Of a stretch of 64,000 bases of DNA, positions 63,428-64,000 are shown in pieces. The stretch spans positions 82,524 to 146,523 of the forward strand of contig DATGWQ010000268.1 of NCBI GenBank assembly GCA_035299385.1, given 5' to 3'. The stretch comes from Bacteroidales bacterium (GTDB taxonomy: Bacteria > Bacteroidota > Bacteroidia > Bacteroidales > VadinHA17). Within the stretch, counting starts at the first letter, position 1. Each line of letters starts with the position of its first letter. The notes below the pieces were generated by a model that saw only the letters and a list, made by a program, of their open reading frames with translations, was not told where the DNA came from and did not search any database. Made by a program: the position numbers and the translations under genes.

Positions 63428-64000
63428 TTATTTATGAGAGTCTCCCTCCCCATTTGGGGAGGGCTGGGGAGGGGCAAAGATTATTCCACACAAAAACCCC
63501 ACCACAAAGATCACCGTGGTCCCGAAAACGATTGTCAGGTAGCTGTGAAACGGGCTGGCGAACTTTTGCAGATCCCCTTTAAATAATACAGGAGACAAGC
63601 TCATCCATGCTATAACCAGTACACCAGCAATAACACCGGTTATCGCACCGGCGCTGCTTACCTTTTTTGAAAAATAGCCAAGGAGGAACAATCCCAGCAT
63701 ACCACCGCTGAAGACTGAAGCCAGTTTCCACCATGCATCGAGCACGCTTTGCACATTGATCATTGCAATCGCTATTACGATACTCAGCCCGCTGAACAGT
63801 GCCGTGGATGCATACAGTATCTTCATCGAAGCATTCTCTTTATTCTTCGATTTTTTAAAATAATCATTCAATATGACTGTTGCAGAGCTGTTCACGCTCG
63901 TCGATATCGTGCTCATGCCTGCCGCGAAGATCGAGGCTATGAGCAGACCTTTGAATCCAAAAGGCATGTTGTTTATGATATAATAAGGAAAAACCCTGTC
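63428..64000 (-). CDS. sodium:solute symporter family protein, C-terminal part (continues past the window end)
   Basis: GLLIASIFAAGMSTISTSVNS is typical of the SSS family. The frame is open from the ATG at 63967 to nt 64000, so the gene is truncated by the window. Confidence 0.8.
   Translation of the reverse strand, partial: DRVFPYYIINNMPFGFKGLLIASIFAAGMSTISTSVNSSATVILNDYFKKSKNKENASMKILYASTALFSGLSIVIAIAMINVQSVLDAWWKLASVFSGGMLGLFLLGYFSKKVSSAGAITGVIAGVLVIAWMSLSPVLFKGDLQKFASPFHSYLTIVFGTTVIFVVGFLCGIIFAPPQPSPNGEGDSHK
63444..63463. repeat. CCCTCCCC/GGGGAGGG hairpin embedded in the 3' end of the symporter ORF
   Basis: CCCTCCCC (63444-63451), ATTT, GGGGAGGG (63456-63463), followed by CTGGGGAGGGGC. 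It encodes the tail ...APPQPSPNGEGDSHK of the minus-strand ORF. Confidence 0.7.

Noticed and set aside
1-64000. tRNA, rRNA, tmRNA, RNase P, riboswitch or mobile-element genes
   Set aside because: I read through all intergenic gaps longer than 70 bp and saw no cloverleaf-like or known conserved RNA signatures and no transposase or integrase ORFs. This was a by-eye scan only, so an Infernal or tRNAscan run could still find something.

Overview
Gene-dense chromosomal fragment (about 90% coding, no rRNA, tRNA, CRISPR or transposase seen) that looks like an anaerobic Bacteroidota genome. Supporting signs are TTG-N18/19-TAnnTTTG style promoters, a TonB-receptor/DUF4249 operon, and an RseC-RnfBCDGEA operon. 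Most genes are housekeeping: a TonB-dependent receptor operon (11-6560); a lipoprotein serpin; a J-domain membrane protein; the Rnf complex; RecG, RecQ-like and UvrD-like helicases; MutS2; a SurA/PpiC chaperone cluster next to guaB; a PduO-type adenosyltransferase; a glycogen-to-trehalose operon (glgX-treZ-treY) in which TreY is fused to a GH77 MalQ; a large FAD/Fe-S oxidoreductase; DUF5063 plus a 3'-5' exonuclease; RlmI; Tex; oligopeptidase B; an FAD oxidoreductase; an M28 peptidase; and a partial Na+/solute symporter. The most interesting part is 28.2-34.8 kb. It holds an ECF-type sigma factor, a single-pass TPR anti-sigma-like protein and a membrane-anchored TPR-CHAT (caspase-like) protease. 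Three copies of a 32-nt promoter-like motif (GGGTAACAA-N8-CATTTCCTATTAARC) surround them. The copies point at a 98-aa Cys/His protein, at an unannotated 49-aa ORF that ends in a textbook intrinsic terminator just before the CHAT gene, and at an orphan PAS histidine kinase. I read this as a possible CRISPR-independent envelope analogue of the Craspase (TPR-CHAT)/Csx30/RpoE circuit; that is inference and needs testing. Second, nearly every intergenic gap longer than about 35 bp carries short word-repeat or palindromic elements (TTTGCG, CACAGAG, ATTTGTAAT, GTAGAGACG, CAAAGG, GGGGAGGG, GCCCTACGGGC). All calls come from reading the sequence and the ORF translations. No database search was run.
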